64,000 nt of DNA, from NCBI RefSeq assembly GCF_009914755.1, contig NC_060936.1, one strand, 5' to 3'. Under the pieces are notes generated by a model, which was given only the letters and a program-made list of their open reading frames with translations, was not told the DNA's origin and ran no database searches. This document shows, in pieces, positions 1 to 14,212 of the stretch. This DNA is from the human T2T-CHM13v2.0 reference genome, Homo sapiens. The position numbers and the translations under genes were made by a program. Positions within the stretch are counted from its first letter, which is position 1, and each line of letters starts with the position of its first letter.

Positions 1-111
1 TGGAAATGACTATAAATATGCTAAACATTAGTTCACCAACTGCTTATTTTCTTACTTCATTAGAGAAGAAAATTACCCCATTTGTAGAATGTTTCATTTC
101 CTTTTCCACAG

Positions 112-219
112 AGCTGATCACTAAAGCGTAGGTCTTACTGACATGGAAATTATTTCGGAACAATAAGAAGAAAGCTACATAGCACATTATCTAAATTATT
201 GAATTCTTACAAAATCAAG
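112..219 (+). pseudogene. Candidate pseudo-exon (108 bp, symmetric)
   Basis: Strong acceptor tttcatttccttttccacag| and donor AAG|gtagag; all three frames contain stops. Confidence 0.3.
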
Positions 220-574
220 GTAGAGGTCAGAAGTAGGATGGAATCTTTTTCCAGCTGTTTAGGAAGACGTATTATTAAGGTTTTTATACAATGGTATTAT
301 GAGAAGATGTTAGGCCATAAAAAGTGACCTGGGCTCGATCTTCTTTATCTTCTCTATCTTGGACTCTATCATGAGGACACTGCACAAAGTGATCTTGAAG
401 GTCACCCTCACTTGTAAAATCTATGCACTATCCTGCTTTTTGATATATCTTCCTCCAATTACTTGTCCTTTAGTTATTTTGTTGATCATCAATGATCAAC
501 ATCTATGATGGCCTAACACTTCCTAATCATTTAATTTGAATTCTTGTTAGCAGTTCCTGGGTGGGAATAGTTAA

Positions 575-795
575 AAGAATAGGCTTTGGAAAGGTTGAAT
601 AGTACATTCACTGGAATTTGCCAGTTTACCAACTATATGAACTCAGTTAAGTTTCTCAACTTCTACTAGCCCAGATTTCCTCATTTGTACGTTGGGGTTA
701 ATGATAGAACCATGCTCATAGGGTTGTGGTAAGTATTAAATGACATAATGCATGTAAAGTAGTACACATTTATTGACTAACAATAAGTATTATTT
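575..795 (+). mobile_element. MIR SINE
   Basis: MIR core-like atttcctcatttgt...catagggttgtgg..attaaatgacataatgcatgtaaag. Confidence 0.75.
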
Positions 796-1116
796 TTGTT
801 AGTTTTGTGGGAAAATATGTTCATAGTTTCAGATATTTGGATTTTTGTGTGTGAATTTCATTTATTTACATGTTCTTTCCTATTATCCCTGAATAAAACA
901 AGAGGTTATTTAAAAAATAAAATTTGGTGGGTCGATGATTATAAGAAACACACATGGAGTCTAAATGCTTTATAAACCCTACAGTGTTATTTTTTTATGC
1001 CAAGACCTCAATTAACTTCAGCTGAATACCTGTGAAGTATAAGTCTGTACTAATTATGGATAAAACAATTGGGTATGACACAAACGTGTCATTGACTAAA
1101 TCATGTTTTCTTCCAG

Positions 1117-1159
1117 TTGATTCAAATCCCTGGCAGCACATAGCCATAATAACAGGCAG
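1117..1159 (+). pseudogene. Candidate pseudo-exon (V)DSNPWQHIAIITG(R)
   Basis: Acceptor tgttttcttccag|; donor CAG|gcatgt (GC donor or mutated GTATGT); open frame, phase 1->2. Confidence 0.35.
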
Positions 1160-2810
1160 GCATGTTGTTACATTGCTTATAAGGTGATTCCAAGATCTCG
1201 GCCATCTGCTTTGAATGGCAAACTGTAGACACTCTCATAAATTAATGTGTGAACTTTGTTGCTTGGCTAAATTATGTTTATCCTGAACTGTATCTGTAGC
1301 TTCTTTGTGCCTTGCAATTTTTTTTCTGTGGAGATGGTTTGTATTAGTGATGTAATGCTGCAAAAGAAATTCTTCTAGGAGCAAATTATTTGTTGTTTGG
1401 TAAAGGCAGTCTATGATCCTGAGACAATTTCATAGACAACATGAGTTTTATGAATTATTTTATTCACAGTTATGATTTCCTAAATAAGGTATAAAATATG
1501 AAATCCTGTACAAAGTAGAAAACCAAAGTCACTTGTTCTCTATTTAGTATTAATCTGAGTTTGTTAAGGATTGGAATTAGTATTATGAAAATTCTTTCTA
1601 TGTATTGGGTACTATATATATATGTTATTTATTATTTACAACTACAACCTTGGCCAGTTAAGTTGCTTACATTTTGAATTTATCGATGTTTATATTGACA
1701 CTCAAAGAAATTAGGATAACCTATCCAAGATCACACAAGTACATAAGCAAGCATGCATTTGAACCCAGGTTAATTTTATTCTAGAATATGTGTTTCCAAT
1801 ATACTACAATGGCATGTTGTGGTATATTCGTGTTTCCATTATACCACAATGGCAAGTATTATGCACTCATGGAGGTCTATCATGGTCCCTGAAATCCAGA
1901 CTTCCTGTAAGTGTAAATTTTACAGTATGTAAATTATGCATTTACATCCTCTAAAATGCATATGTAAAGTATAATAAAAATATACAAAAAAAGCATATGT
2001 ATTAAATAACTCTGTAATATAGGGTTAAACACATAAAATAATCCTACAATAAATTTTCGAAGAAAGAATGTAAGGAAAATCTGTGAAAAGAGATGTTTGA
2101 TTCAAAAGTAGATAGCAGATTCAAAGTGGATCAAATGATGCTGATTAAGTGAAGAGACTTCTTATTCATTCATTGGATAACTGTCATTCCTTCATTTTCT
2201 GCCTTACTCTGTGACAATAATTGAGCTGGGTGCCAGGGGTACCAGAGTAATCAAAAGCTAGAATAGTGCTCATACTGTAATTTCTTAGGATCTTATTGTG
2301 GAGATATATTAATAAATAAAATTATGAAATTACATATACTTACTGTGATCTGTGTTTTAATGGAAAAATATGAGGGACTATGAAAATTATAAAATGGAGA
2401 TGTGGACACATATTTGCTACAAGAGAACCAATTTAAAATCATTATGAAAACACAAAAGAATTTTACCTATCATGTACATTTGAATATTCAAGTTTGTAAT
2501 GAGGATGTAATAATGATATGGATAAATTCATATAATTGAACTGTTATTTAATCGTTATCGTTAAATACAAATATTTTCCTAATTTCATGTGTGATTTATT
2601 AGAATGTTGAGATTATAGATTTTTTTCTCTTTTTTGTTTTCTATTTTTAAAATATATATGTAGTTACATGATATTTTTTAAGTAGATGTAAAATGATCTC
2701 ACATATTAATACATTTCCTAAGAATTCTGACTGAATTTTGGGAAACACTGTGGGGTGGATGTATGGGTATGTTGGGGGGGTGTAATTAATTTTTTTCTTC
2801 CTTGTTTTGG

Positions 2811-2858
2811 GCTAAATGAACTTTGTACTCCTGATATGCCTGATCTTCAGTTTTGAAG
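2811..2858 (+). pseudogene. Candidate pseudo-exon LNELCTPDMPDLQF*
   Basis: Long pyrimidine tract ending in GG instead of AG; strong donor AAG|gtaagg; phase 2->2. Confidence 0.35.
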
Positions 2859-4379
2859 GTAAGGAGCTACAGCTGCAACTTAGCTGCAATGATCTCCTTT
2901 CATGGTTTCTGGCTCATCGGCTTGATTAAAAGGAAAATTGAAAACATATCCAACCTTGAATTAACACCTGCAAGATTAGGGCAAGGCTATGGAATTCAAA
3001 CTTTCAAGGCACTAGCTCATTTCTGCTTTTGCTAAGTAATCAGAGTACAAAATAGAAATGAAAACTATTTCATTGATCATTTATTTACAATCCTATCAAC
3101 CCAGGTTCAGATGCATTTTTGTGTGATGAGACATTTTCAGTGATATATCTTAAATTATATATGAACATATCTATCTATATATATACACACATACATATGA
3201 CTGCATGTATATGTATATATATATATTTTAAAGATATTTTTTCTGGAATGACATAAATCTTAAAATATATTTAATTTCCTTATCTCATTAGAAAAGCAAT
3301 ACTGTAACATGTTTACTATAGGAATTTTTTAATGCTATACATAAAAAGGAGACACTAATAACCATCTATAATACCAAGGCATGAAGATAAACCATGTTTC
3401 TGTTTTTGTGCATGTCCTTCCAGTATTTATCCTACATATAAATATATATTCTACTATATATATACACACACAATAAATATATATACATGTATTTATTTTA
3501 TAAGTATAAGGTAATATTTTATGATCTTATTTTCCTACTTACAATGAAATTTTTCAATATTTTTTAATGGCTATTTAACATCCTGCCATATCAGCATCCT
3601 ATATTGATCAATTAATCCCTTAGGGTTAGACATCCAATTATTTCCACTTTTTTGCTGTTACATACAATGCCATGATAAACATCCTTACAGAGAAATCTTG
3701 AAGTCCCAACTTGAAGATGGAGTTTTGATTTAGCTGCATAAATAAGTTACAGAACTACATGGGCTAGAAAAAAAAAATCCCCAAGTCTAATTCCCTTCCC
3801 TCTTTCCATATATGCACTCAAACCATCTTCAAACTGGCTTCTAGGGTAGCTTAAAAAATAAGCTGAATTACTTTAAATAATGTGCATGTCAATGGGACCT
3901 TAAATGAAAATTATATAACTACTGACTATATAATTTTGATTCTTTTTTTCATATTGTTGCCAGGTGTAACTTAAGTTAAAAAAATACAAATACATTAAAG
4001 CCCATTTGCTCTTGAACATTCCATGACTACCTTGAAGTTATTACTACTGTTATACACTAGGTATACTCTATACATTAGAAGATTGCAAAATGAAGACAGA
4101 ACGTAAGTGATAGAGCCTTTTAGAATGTTACTATTACCGGGGTAATGATAAAGGCTTTATGAATGCTAGCTTCCTCTCTCCTCCAGCAAGTTTGCATTCT
4201 CTACTGTCTATATCAGATTTCGTTGGCCAGCATTACTGACTGAAAAATGATAGAATTACTTTTCTTTCGTTGTTATTTTTTATGACTGTGAATATAAATC
4301 TATTGTAAATTGCCCAACTAAAAAAGTAACATTGAAGAAGAAAAACAAAGTAAGTTTTTTATGTGTGTGACATTAAAGC

Positions 4380-4550
4380 ACTGAAAGTCGATTAGCAGAC
4401 TCTGCCTCACTTTGTTTACTCATCCCTCATGGGGTTAATATATAGGGCCAGTGCTAACGAGTTAGTTATATGGCCAAATAACGCCTGCGGCAAGAGAAAC
4501 GGGAGTTGACGTCCTGACATTTATTTTCAAAATAGCTGAACATTTTCCAG
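4380..4550. promoter_or_regulatory. Candidate enhancer/promoter (local CpG cluster, near-perfect CRE, forkhead motif)
   Basis: TGACGTCC at 4507, TGTTTAC at ~4413, and several CpGs in otherwise CpG-depleted DNA. Confidence 0.3.
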
Positions 4551-4746
4551 GCACATTTTGTCGGTTCTACTGACAAAAGTTCTTCTGTTAGCCATCTAGA
4601 CTAAAATTCTTCTCGACATGACATAATTGAGGATCCACCTTAAAACTTTGAAAAATAAAGATCTTTTCAAATTCAGATTGACTTTCTGACTCTCTCTGTT
4701 TTTACTTTGTGAAGACACTGAGCTTGAAATGAATGTAGCTCTTTTA
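4551..4746 (+). pseudogene. Candidate exon (pseudo-coding or lncRNA), 196 bp
   Basis: Acceptor cattttccag| and strong donor TTA|gtgagt; the phase 2->0 frame has 3 stops. Confidence 0.4.
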
Positions 4747-5161
4747 GTGAGTATGAAAAAGTTGAAGAGCAAAGATCCTTTAGCAACTGCTGTTGAATAG
4801 ATTGATATTTTAAAATTTGAAATAAAAGTGACTACATAAAAATGATTGTATTTGTTCATGTCTTACAATTTTAATATTTAATATTTTGTACTGATTAACA
4901 GCTGACAGAGAGGGTTATGTAAAAAAAAGGGTCCCAGGTTTTAAGCCTAAGCAACTGACCTTTTAGCTTAGCAAAGCTGTTAAGCATTTTAGATAGTGAA
5001 CTAGAATAAAGGTTTTTCTGGAAGGGATAGCTTGGGGTGTACATGGGGACATCATAACAGAAAGGTCCAATAAAGTATGCCACAGACGATCAAGGGCCTG
5101 CACACTAGGCTGAGAGCCAAAGAAAGTCAATGAAGAAATTGGCATTAAGGAAGTCACATGA

Positions 5162-5440
5162 GGCTGGGCATAGTAGCTCACACCTATAGTCCCAGCACTT
5201 TGGGAGGCCAAGGTGGGAGGATCGCTTGAGCCCAGGAGTTTCAGACTAGCTTGGGCAACATGGCGAGACCCCATCTCCATAAAAACTACAAAAATTAGCT
5301 GGGTGTGGTGGTGCATGCCTGTAGTTCCAGCTTCTTGGGAGGCTGAGTGGGGAGGATCCTTTGAACCCAGGAGGTCGAGGCTGCCCTGCACTCCAGCCTG
5401 GGTGACAGATTAAGACCCTGTCTCAAAAAAATAAAATAGA
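5162..5440 (+). mobile_element. Alu (AluJ-like) with small deletion in the right arm
   Basis: ggctgggcatagtagctcacacctatagtcccagcactttgggagg...agaccctgtctcaaaaaa. Confidence 0.95.
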
Positions 5441-5449
5441 AAAGAGAAA

Positions 5450-5506
<57 letters not shown>

Positions 5507-5598
5507 AGGAAAGAAAGAAGAAAGAGAAAAAGAAAGAAAAAGAAAGAAAGAAAGAAAAAGAAAGAAAGAAAGAAGAAAGAAAGAAAGAAAGAAAGAAA

Positions 5599-5659
<61 letters not shown>

Positions 5660-5670
5660 GAAAGAGAAAA
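5441..5670 (+). repeat. Complex (GAAA)n microsatellite grown from the Alu tail
   Basis: ~230 bp of pure purine AAAG repeats with interruptions. Confidence 0.97.
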
Positions 5671-7424
5671 TTGCATGGTCAAATTGTGAAGAGGGTGGTG
5701 GACTGAGGTGATAAAACCTAGAAAGAGAGATAAACTAAAATGTAATTGGAGCATTCTAGGTGAAAAAATAATCAAGGGTCTTATCATAGTTCCAAAAAGA
5801 AATAGACAGAATTGAGGGCTATGTAGTTTAATTCTTTTTTGAAAATGAAAAACAGTTGGGATTTGGAGTCTCTTAAGTTAAAATGGATATCTGACCTCGG
5901 TTGCATTGTGTAGAATGCAGACCCAATCTACACTGACATTTTGTTTTTAATTATATGACAAAACCTCTTTTTTTATATACCTTTATTCTCTAAATTTACC
6001 CATAACCTTTACATTTTTGAAACTTAGAACAGAATTTGGATGATGTATTGTAATCCATCAACTTGTGACGAGATGGAGAAATTATATGTGTATTCTAATC
6101 TTTTCCTCACACACTATTTGACCATTTGCTTTCAATATAACTTTAGCATATTTACTTTATATGATTTAGTGAGCCATATGTCTTCACCAGAAGAAAACTA
6201 AAACAAAATTAAAATTAAAAATATAATGTAATGACACCCAATTTCATCTTTTTCTGAATTGATTGTAGTGACTTATTATCCTAGTATATTTGACACTGAA
6301 AGATATCTGTAGCTGCCTTTAAATTTTTGTGACCCTCTGAATTACTTTCAAAGCAAAGTCTTTTCCTAAGGAAGAACAGATGTGGATCTAGATCTAAATC
6401 TAGGTATGTCTTTGAGGAGTTCTCTCTTTGGGCCTCTCCTTCCTAATATCTAGCTCAGAGTAATGTCTCTGGGAAAGAATCAAGCTTGACAATTTCCATG
6501 GTGACACCATTCCTTCTCTAAAAACCTTTATGAAAAAAAGTGTCCTTGAAGCCAACTCCATGGTAAGCTTGGAAAAAAACAGAGGCTGAGCTGCTTAAAT
6601 AATGAAGCAAGGTCATCCTCTGTTTCCTTAGAAAATGTTTTTATTACTCTGAAAGGAACTTTGGAATTGAATCAAAAAATGAATTGCAGCCCCTCCCAGC
6701 TTAGAAGTTGTATTTAGATTATCAAAAAGACTTAGCTAGTGTTAGTGAAATTAAAATGGGGAATATGCAGTGCCAGTTCAATATAAAATCTATATAAGTT
6801 GCCATAAGTAAATCATATATTAATACTTATTCACATATCTTGTAAGATTTATTTATATTACATATATTATTAGAATAGTGACATTAGAAAGTGATCTAAC
6901 CTCAATAGTTGTAGAAGAATCAGATGCAGATTTTAGTATGAAATGATTTAATCATGTGTGCATTCTCAAAGTTTTGTTTTCCACATTCTCTCCTTATATT
7001 GTCAAAATTTGTTTGACAAGTACATGATAATAAAATACAAAATAAAGTCACAGTAATACTATCAATTTAACTTTTCATTTCTAATTGTACTGTTTGACAT
7101 GTCATTATAGTTAATTTTTGTCAGACAAATGCACAGATAATAAAATGAATGCACTATTTTATGTTGCTTGTTAATACAAAAAAGTGAATTCATTGGAAAA
7201 TATTCCAGATAATCAGAAACTAAAATATTGGGGAAAAAAAAACCCAGCTATTTGTAGAATTCTATATTTTCTCTCTCACTCATTCTTTTTCCCTTTTTTT
7301 TTCAAATAATTGTTGTCTTCTCAATGAATCTCATATATTACTCCTGCTTTGAAAACTAGCTTTAGGCACATTCCAAAATAATTCTGCACTTAGATAATCA
7401 TTAACAAATGTTACCCGAGCCTGA

Positions 7425-7756
<332 letters not shown>

Positions 7757-8879
7757 TGAAATGATTCATGTTGATTTAAAGATTTTCTAAATGTTGGTAC
7801 AACTATAGGTTTGATACAGTGAGTCTCTTTTGCCTACCACATATTCCCTAACCCTAAATCTAAAATGTGGATTTGAAATGTTTCCCAACACAGCATGTTG
7901 GTGGAAAAGGACATGTACTAGAATTAGTCTTATTCACACAAACTCCCTGGCCAAGTTTTGTGAACCTCAATTATGCCAGAACTGGTCTCTTCCACTAAAT
8001 TGAGCTCCTAGAGCACACAGGTCATGTCTTTTTTATTTCTTCGGAGTGTGTCTGCTTTGCACAAATTAGGTGCTCAACACAACTTGGCTCTGACTGTCAC
8101 TGCTGGTGAGTTTTCCTCTTGGCCTTGGTTATTTGTCAGACGATTGCATGGCTGTCTAACTGATTTCCTGGTTTCTAGGCTTTTTCTTTTCCAATTTAAC
8201 TCACATAGCACTACTAAATTGGATGACTGCATTAATTATGTTATTGGGCTGCTCGGCAGCCCCTCCATTCTTGTTGGAATTTCACCTGATTTTTCACATT
8301 TCTTCTTAGACTTTTATGTATTGTTTAAAATTTTTACTACGAGTATGTAGTTTTACTTAGATATAATTAAGAAAAAAGCTGTTTTTATTCTGAAAAGATA
8401 TTCAGATATTCAAAGGAACAAACACCTACTCTAATAAAATAATTCTGAATATAACAGCATCTTTGGTTTCAAAAGGAACGTCATCAGTCTCTGCACTTGA
8501 ATCTGCTGCTGTAAATGACCAAATATCAGTCATTGTGGGGAGGAGGAGATACCTTCACAGATACACATAAATATACACACATAAAACTAATAGATGGATT
8601 TGTAGAAATGCACCTATATATCCATAACTAGACATGGTCTAAGCGATGTGTACCCCCATGCTGACACTAGTTGTGTTTGTACAATAGGATAATTTAGTGT
8701 ATTTGCATTTATATAGTTTTCTGAAGTGAGTTCATAGCATTCATTAGAGCAGACAACCAAGCAGTGAAAGAGGTGAGAAGCTGGAGAGGCACAGTGGTCA
8801 AACTTAGAGGGCAGAGTGCACATACTCAACAGTTATATGCAGCACAGAGGCAGTTGATTAGACTTAAACAACATTAGTA

Positions 8880-9135
8880 ATAATAATAAGAATAATAGAT
8901 AGCACTCATTGCATTGTCACTTCCTGACACTGAGGTAAGAGCTTTACATATACATTATATTTTCTAATCTTTCTAGTTATCCTATAAGGCAATATTTTAA
9001 GCCCATTTTACAAGTGAGGAAAGTAAAGCTTTGAGAGATTAATCTATTTGCCCATTGAAAGCTATTAATTGGTTGATTTAAAATTCAAACCCTGATCTAC
9101 CTGAAACCAAAGCTCATGTTCTTAACTACTACATT
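8880..9135 (-). mobile_element. MIR SINE
   Basis: cccattttacaagtgaggaaagtaaagct...ttcaaaccc. Confidence 0.75.
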
Positions 9136-10776
9136 TGATCAGGTCCCAGTGGTAAAGTGGAAATTGTAGCTTAGGCTATATTTTAGAATTAGAAGGATTC
9201 ATTAGCTAATTGAATAATTTTGTTTACCTATGTGTTATACAATAATTATAAACACATGTTCACTCACCTAAAGGTTTATGTTCTTACGATATTACAGCAA
9301 CTGTATGAGAGAGAGAATTTGTTTTCCATTTGGATTTAGAAGGGTGAATTTGAAATTCTTGGTCTTTATAATTTTTTATTATCTTGAATCAAAGATACTC
9401 TTAAGAAAGGTCTTTCAGGTGATTTATCTTAAAACCTTATTGGCACATCTGCTTACCTTGAGTCTTAAATATGCATATTTCTGTGAAGTACTCAGATATG
9501 AGAGACACACCCTTCTCCAGTAACTTTATGGGTTCTGCAGAAAATGATAACATAAACATTGAGTTTAAACATTTACTCTTTCCAATACTTGGAGAATAAA
9601 GTGTTCCTATCTTATTGAAAATATTTCAGATGTCACAGGTTTTCTTTCCCTTATCAGATTAGAGAAATCAGATCATATCTCAAATATTATTTATTAGTTG
9701 TACCAATATTTAGAAAACCTTTAAATGTGAAAGGAACACAGCTAGAGGTTTCCCAAGCTCATCAGGCTGTTTCAAGCCTTCTACAGCATTTCATACTCTG
9801 TCTCCTCTGAATGGAACACCTCTTCTCTTTCACAGTCTTACTCTTCCCTTTAAGGGATTCCTTTTCTCAAGAAATCCTACCTTGATGGTGAACTCCTAAA
9901 GATACGTCAGCTTATTCATTCTTCTTTATGTTTCTGGTGCCTTACACAGTGCCTGGCACAAGTAGATTGCAAATAAGTGTTGATTAAATTTTTAACTGAA
10001 AACAGTGTAATTGTCCAAGGCACTATATGAGTTCAGAATCCCAAATTCCCCAATATTTCCTAGCATTTGAAACAACATGAGACTAAAATCCAGCAAAGGT
10101 AGGAGTTTTTGAGTCAAATAGATGAATGTGTATTCTTTGCTACCTATATAATTTGAGGCAAGTCATTTAAACCATCTTTCTGAATCTACAAACTGGTGTT
10201 ATTTAAAGCTGTCTAATAGGATTGATGAAAGGGAGTAAAAGAAAGCATGTAAAGTATTTAACACAGAGCTTGGGACATTCTAGATATTTAATAAAATGCT
10301 GTGTTGTGCTGTTGCTGTTATTGTTGTTGTCATTTCTATAAGATCATTCTTATCATTATGCTCATCAGTATCTTCATTATCAAACCTTCTCACTATCAGC
10401 AATCAGGAAACCCATTGTAAAAGGACCAGAAATGGAAAATGTTAAAGCATGGAGTCTGCCATTCCCTCTGCATGGGGATTTAAGACACATGGAGAGATGC
10501 TAAATGGAAGGCACAAAGGAATTGAGAAGTAGAGAGGAGGTATGCCTTGGTGACTGAGAACAATTAATAAGAGCAGGAGGTTGGAAAATGAAAGACACAG
10601 TGTAAAATCAGTTAATTGTCTCTTGACGAGAGTCACTTTTACCTGGAAGAAACTAATGAATGTGAGATACAGTCAGAAAGATTAGATTGGAGTAAGACCT
10701 CAGAAGGTCTTGTACAGCAGGTTAAAATAATTAGAATCCATTGACATGATGAACAATCATTTAGACAAATGATTTT

Positions 10777-11370
10777 ATTAGTTTTCTATTTCTGCACAGT
10801 AACAGAAATAACTTAGTAGCTTAAAACAATACCCATTTATTATCTCACAGTTTTGTAAGACAGAATTCAGCACAGGGTGACTGGATTCTCTGCTCAGGGT
10901 CATACAAGGAAAAAGTCAAAGTCATCTTGACCTTTATCTGTCAGTTGGGTTGGGCTCTTGTCTGGAGGGCTTGGAAAAAGAATCTGCTTCCAAGTTCATT
11001 TAGGATGTTGGCTGACTTCAATATCTTGCAGCTGTAGGACTAAGGTCTTGTTTCCTTCCTGGCTGTCATCTGGGGTTTACCTTCTGCTCCTGGAAGCCAC
11101 CCCTATTCCCTCTCTTATAGCTCCCTCCAACTTCCAGGGCAGCAGTAGAGCAATGAGTCCTTCTTGTGCTTCCAGTCTTTTTGACTTCCTGTTCTACCAC
11201 CATCCTGAGGAAACTCTGTGCTTTAAAGGGTTCATGTAATTAGATTATCCCACTTAGATAATCTTTCCTAATTACATCTCCCAAATCCCTTTTGCCATGT
11301 AAGGTAACATAATCACAGGAGTAACAATAGGACACTAAGGACATGGAAGTCATCTGGAATTCTGCTTACC
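10777..11370 (-). mobile_element. MLT1-family MaLR solo LTR
   Basis: tattagttttctatt...gcttaaaacaatacccatttattatctcacag...cccttttgccatgtaaggtaacata. Confidence 0.8.
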
Positions 11371-11700
11371 AGCCGTGTGCAGTGGCTCACACCTGTCATC
11401 CCAGTACTTTGGAAGGCCAAGGTGGGAAGATCACTTGAGCCCAGGAGTTTAAGACTAGTCTGGACAACATAGAAAGAACTGGTCTCTACAGAATTTTTTT
11501 TTTAAATTAGCTGGGCATGGTGGCACACACCTGTAGTCCCAGATACTTAGGGGGCTGAGGTGGGAGGATTGATTGAGCCCAAGAGTTAGAGGCTACAGTG
11601 AGCTGTAATCATGCCACTGCAGTGCAGCCGGAGTGATAGAGCAAGATCTTGCCTCTAAAATAAATAAATAAGCAAGTAAATAAATAAATAAATAAATAAA
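11371..11700 (+). mobile_element. Alu (AluJ-like) with (TAAA)n tail
   Basis: Full dimeric Alu consensus match. Confidence 0.95.
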
Positions 11701-11849
11701 AAGTCTTCTGCTTAGCTTACCACAATGATCCTTGCAATGATGTACAGGATTGTAAAAGAAAGTTCCTAAATGCTTGAGGACCACTCAGGAGCTATTCTGG
11801 CAATTTGAGCTGAGGTGTTAAAAAGTTCTAGTTAGCTAGTAATCACAGC

Positions 11850-12070
11850 TTGCTATGCACTATACCTTGTTTATGATTTTAACTCATAAAATCTTCACAA
11901 TGGCCTTATGACATAGGTGCTATTATTTTTCTTATTTAACAGTTGAAGAAATTGAAGCTTAATGAGGTTAGGAAATGTGCTCAACTTCATACAACTTGTA
12001 TTTTGTAGATATGAGGTTTAAGACCAGAAAGACTGACTCCAGAGCCCAGGCTCTCAACCATCATACCAAC
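11850..12070 (-). mobile_element. MIR SINE
   Basis: aacagttgaagaaattgaagcttaatgaggtta...gactccagagccc. Confidence 0.7.
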
Positions 12071-13099
12071 TGGCCTCCTTTTGTTGAAGGCTGAGGACCA
12101 TATGGCAAGCATGAAGACAATATGATTGGCACCTTGGTTCTGTTTGAATCGTCCTCATATTACAAATCTCCACTCTGATTTACTTTGTGTATTATTAAAC
12201 ACGCACCATATATTGTTTTTTGCTGGATTTTTTTTTTGATGAAATATAACTCATTCAATTTTCACAGCACTAGAATTTTCCCAAAATTAGAAATAAGAAA
12301 ACAGAGCTTGGTTACGTATCTTGTATCTTGTTTCAGGTCTCAGAGCTATGGGGTAGCAGATGTAGACTTTGACCTCGAGTTTGCCTAACTTTAAAGGCTT
12401 TTTATTACACTGTATGATTAACCTCAGGACATCAGGCACAGCATGTTCAAAGCTCTGAGAAACAGAAATATGTACTAGCTATAAGCATAGAAGCTGATAC
12501 CACATTAATACTACCTGTATTTGAAGTCCAGTTCTTCTTATTTGTCTATTCTTACTTGGCCTCAGTTTCCTAATTTTTAACAGAAGGATATGACCTGTTT
12601 TATGGTGACTCTGTGAAAATTAATGGGTCATTACAGGTAACACTCTCAGAACAGTACCTGGTACATAGTAAATACTAAAAAATTATGAAATATTGGAAAA
12701 GTCTGGGAGAAATGCATGGTATAGACAACTATGAATTAGTTTTACCTGTTCTTTGTGTTATTTGCACGTTTTAAAGTTGGTAGTACCAGGCAATAGGGAT
12801 GGTTAAATGATATAGCATAACAATGTTGCTCAGCGGGGCTATCTAATTAGGCTAGTGGTGAAGAGAAACTTAATTGTGAGTTGAATTTTGAAAACCTGGA
12901 GGGCATATAAAAGTAGCAGAAGGTAAGGGGAAAGCACTGTATGTAGGTCACTTGTGAAAACGATCATAGAAGGCAGTTTACGCTCAGGACAAATGAAGTA
13001 GACTTTTTTGTTTGGAATGGGGAAGATAGTGAATAGTGTGTCATAATTCTTGTCAGATTGTTAAGGCTGAAGTAATGAATACATTGAAGCAACTTATAT

Positions 13100-13720
13100 C
13101 TTTGTATGTATTTGTTCATCTATCCAATTATTTATTCATTTGATAAACACTCCTAGAGCTCCAAAGTACAAGATGCTATTAAAAACACCAAAGTTAATTA
13201 CACATCTCACCTTTAAAGGACCGATAAGCTAACAGAGGAAACAAAACATGACAATACTTACAACCGAAAGTGGAAAATTGCGTGAGTCATAAGTGAGGCA
13301 TGGATAAAGTGCTAATGCTGTTCACAGGCCAAAGAGTTTCCTTCAAGCACAGATAAATTGGGAAAAGTTTGTGGGGATGATGGTAAGTATCAAGGAGGGA
13401 ATTGATGAAGAGATGTTTGAAATAGGAATTGAAAGGTGGCACGGGGTTTTGCCTTGGCCCACCAATGTGTGAACAAACATGGACTTTCATTAGAGAAACA
13501 ACAGTGACAATGGAGGTTAAAAAGCACATAGGAGAGACATTTGGGGATAGAATTGATAGAAGTTGACAACAACATGCATTTTTGGCATAAAGAGGAAAGA
13601 GAAGGAAAAATTAATTTGAGTTTTGGCTTCAATGACTAGGGAGTTGGTAAGATTAGCAGAAACACTGAATACAAGAGTACATTGGTAGGGAAAGAAATGG
13701 ATTTTTGTTTTGCACAAACT
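13100..13720 (-). mobile_element. L2 LINE 3' fragment
   Basis: attcatt-rich tail followed by the purine-rich antisense L2 pattern. Confidence 0.55.
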
Positions 13721-13855
13721 CTATTTTGCTACCGGGTAGCCAAATTTGTCTAGAATGTAAGATAGCCTGGTTGAATGAGTTTTGCTGGCAGAACGTGTAG
13801 CTACTGCCTGATGCATGAGAAGAGGAGTCACCTGACCTCTACATTGGCTCTAGAC

Positions 13856-14212
13856 CAGTGGGTTTTCATCTGCGTTCTGTAAGCTCTTCGGTTATGTAGC
13901 AGTGCCTCAGAGGTATGACGGCCATGCAGTTAATAAAGGTGAAAGGGGAAACTATTTATAATTACGTCAGAACAACTGGTGTAAACCGGGACTACCCTGG
14001 AGCAACGGGGCTCCAGGTTTATACTCTCTTCAGAGGCCACAGGAGGAGGATGGGGATAATGACACAGAGGCAGTTATTCCTGCAGGGATTCAAATCCTCT
14101 GCCTCAACCAGAGCTGCTCTTCTTTCATGTTTTCTGTGGGTGTTGGTTCTGCAAAAAACCGTAATTTGAAAAATGGTTTAGATTACCATAAGAAATGTTG
14201 AAAACCATTGGC
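13856..14212. mobile_element. hAT-Charlie-type MITE, probably with a nested Blackjack-type fragment
   Basis: Terminal inverted repeats cagtgggttttca...tgaaaaccattg, with CTAG-containing flanks. Confidence 0.55.

Noticed and set aside
480-501. Perfect 10 bp inverted repeat TGTTGATCAT-CA-ATGATCAACA
   Set aside because: Short and isolated; expected occasionally by chance in 64 kb
4963-5787. ORFs of 125-142 aa
   Set aside because: Translations of antisense Alu and of the microsatellite
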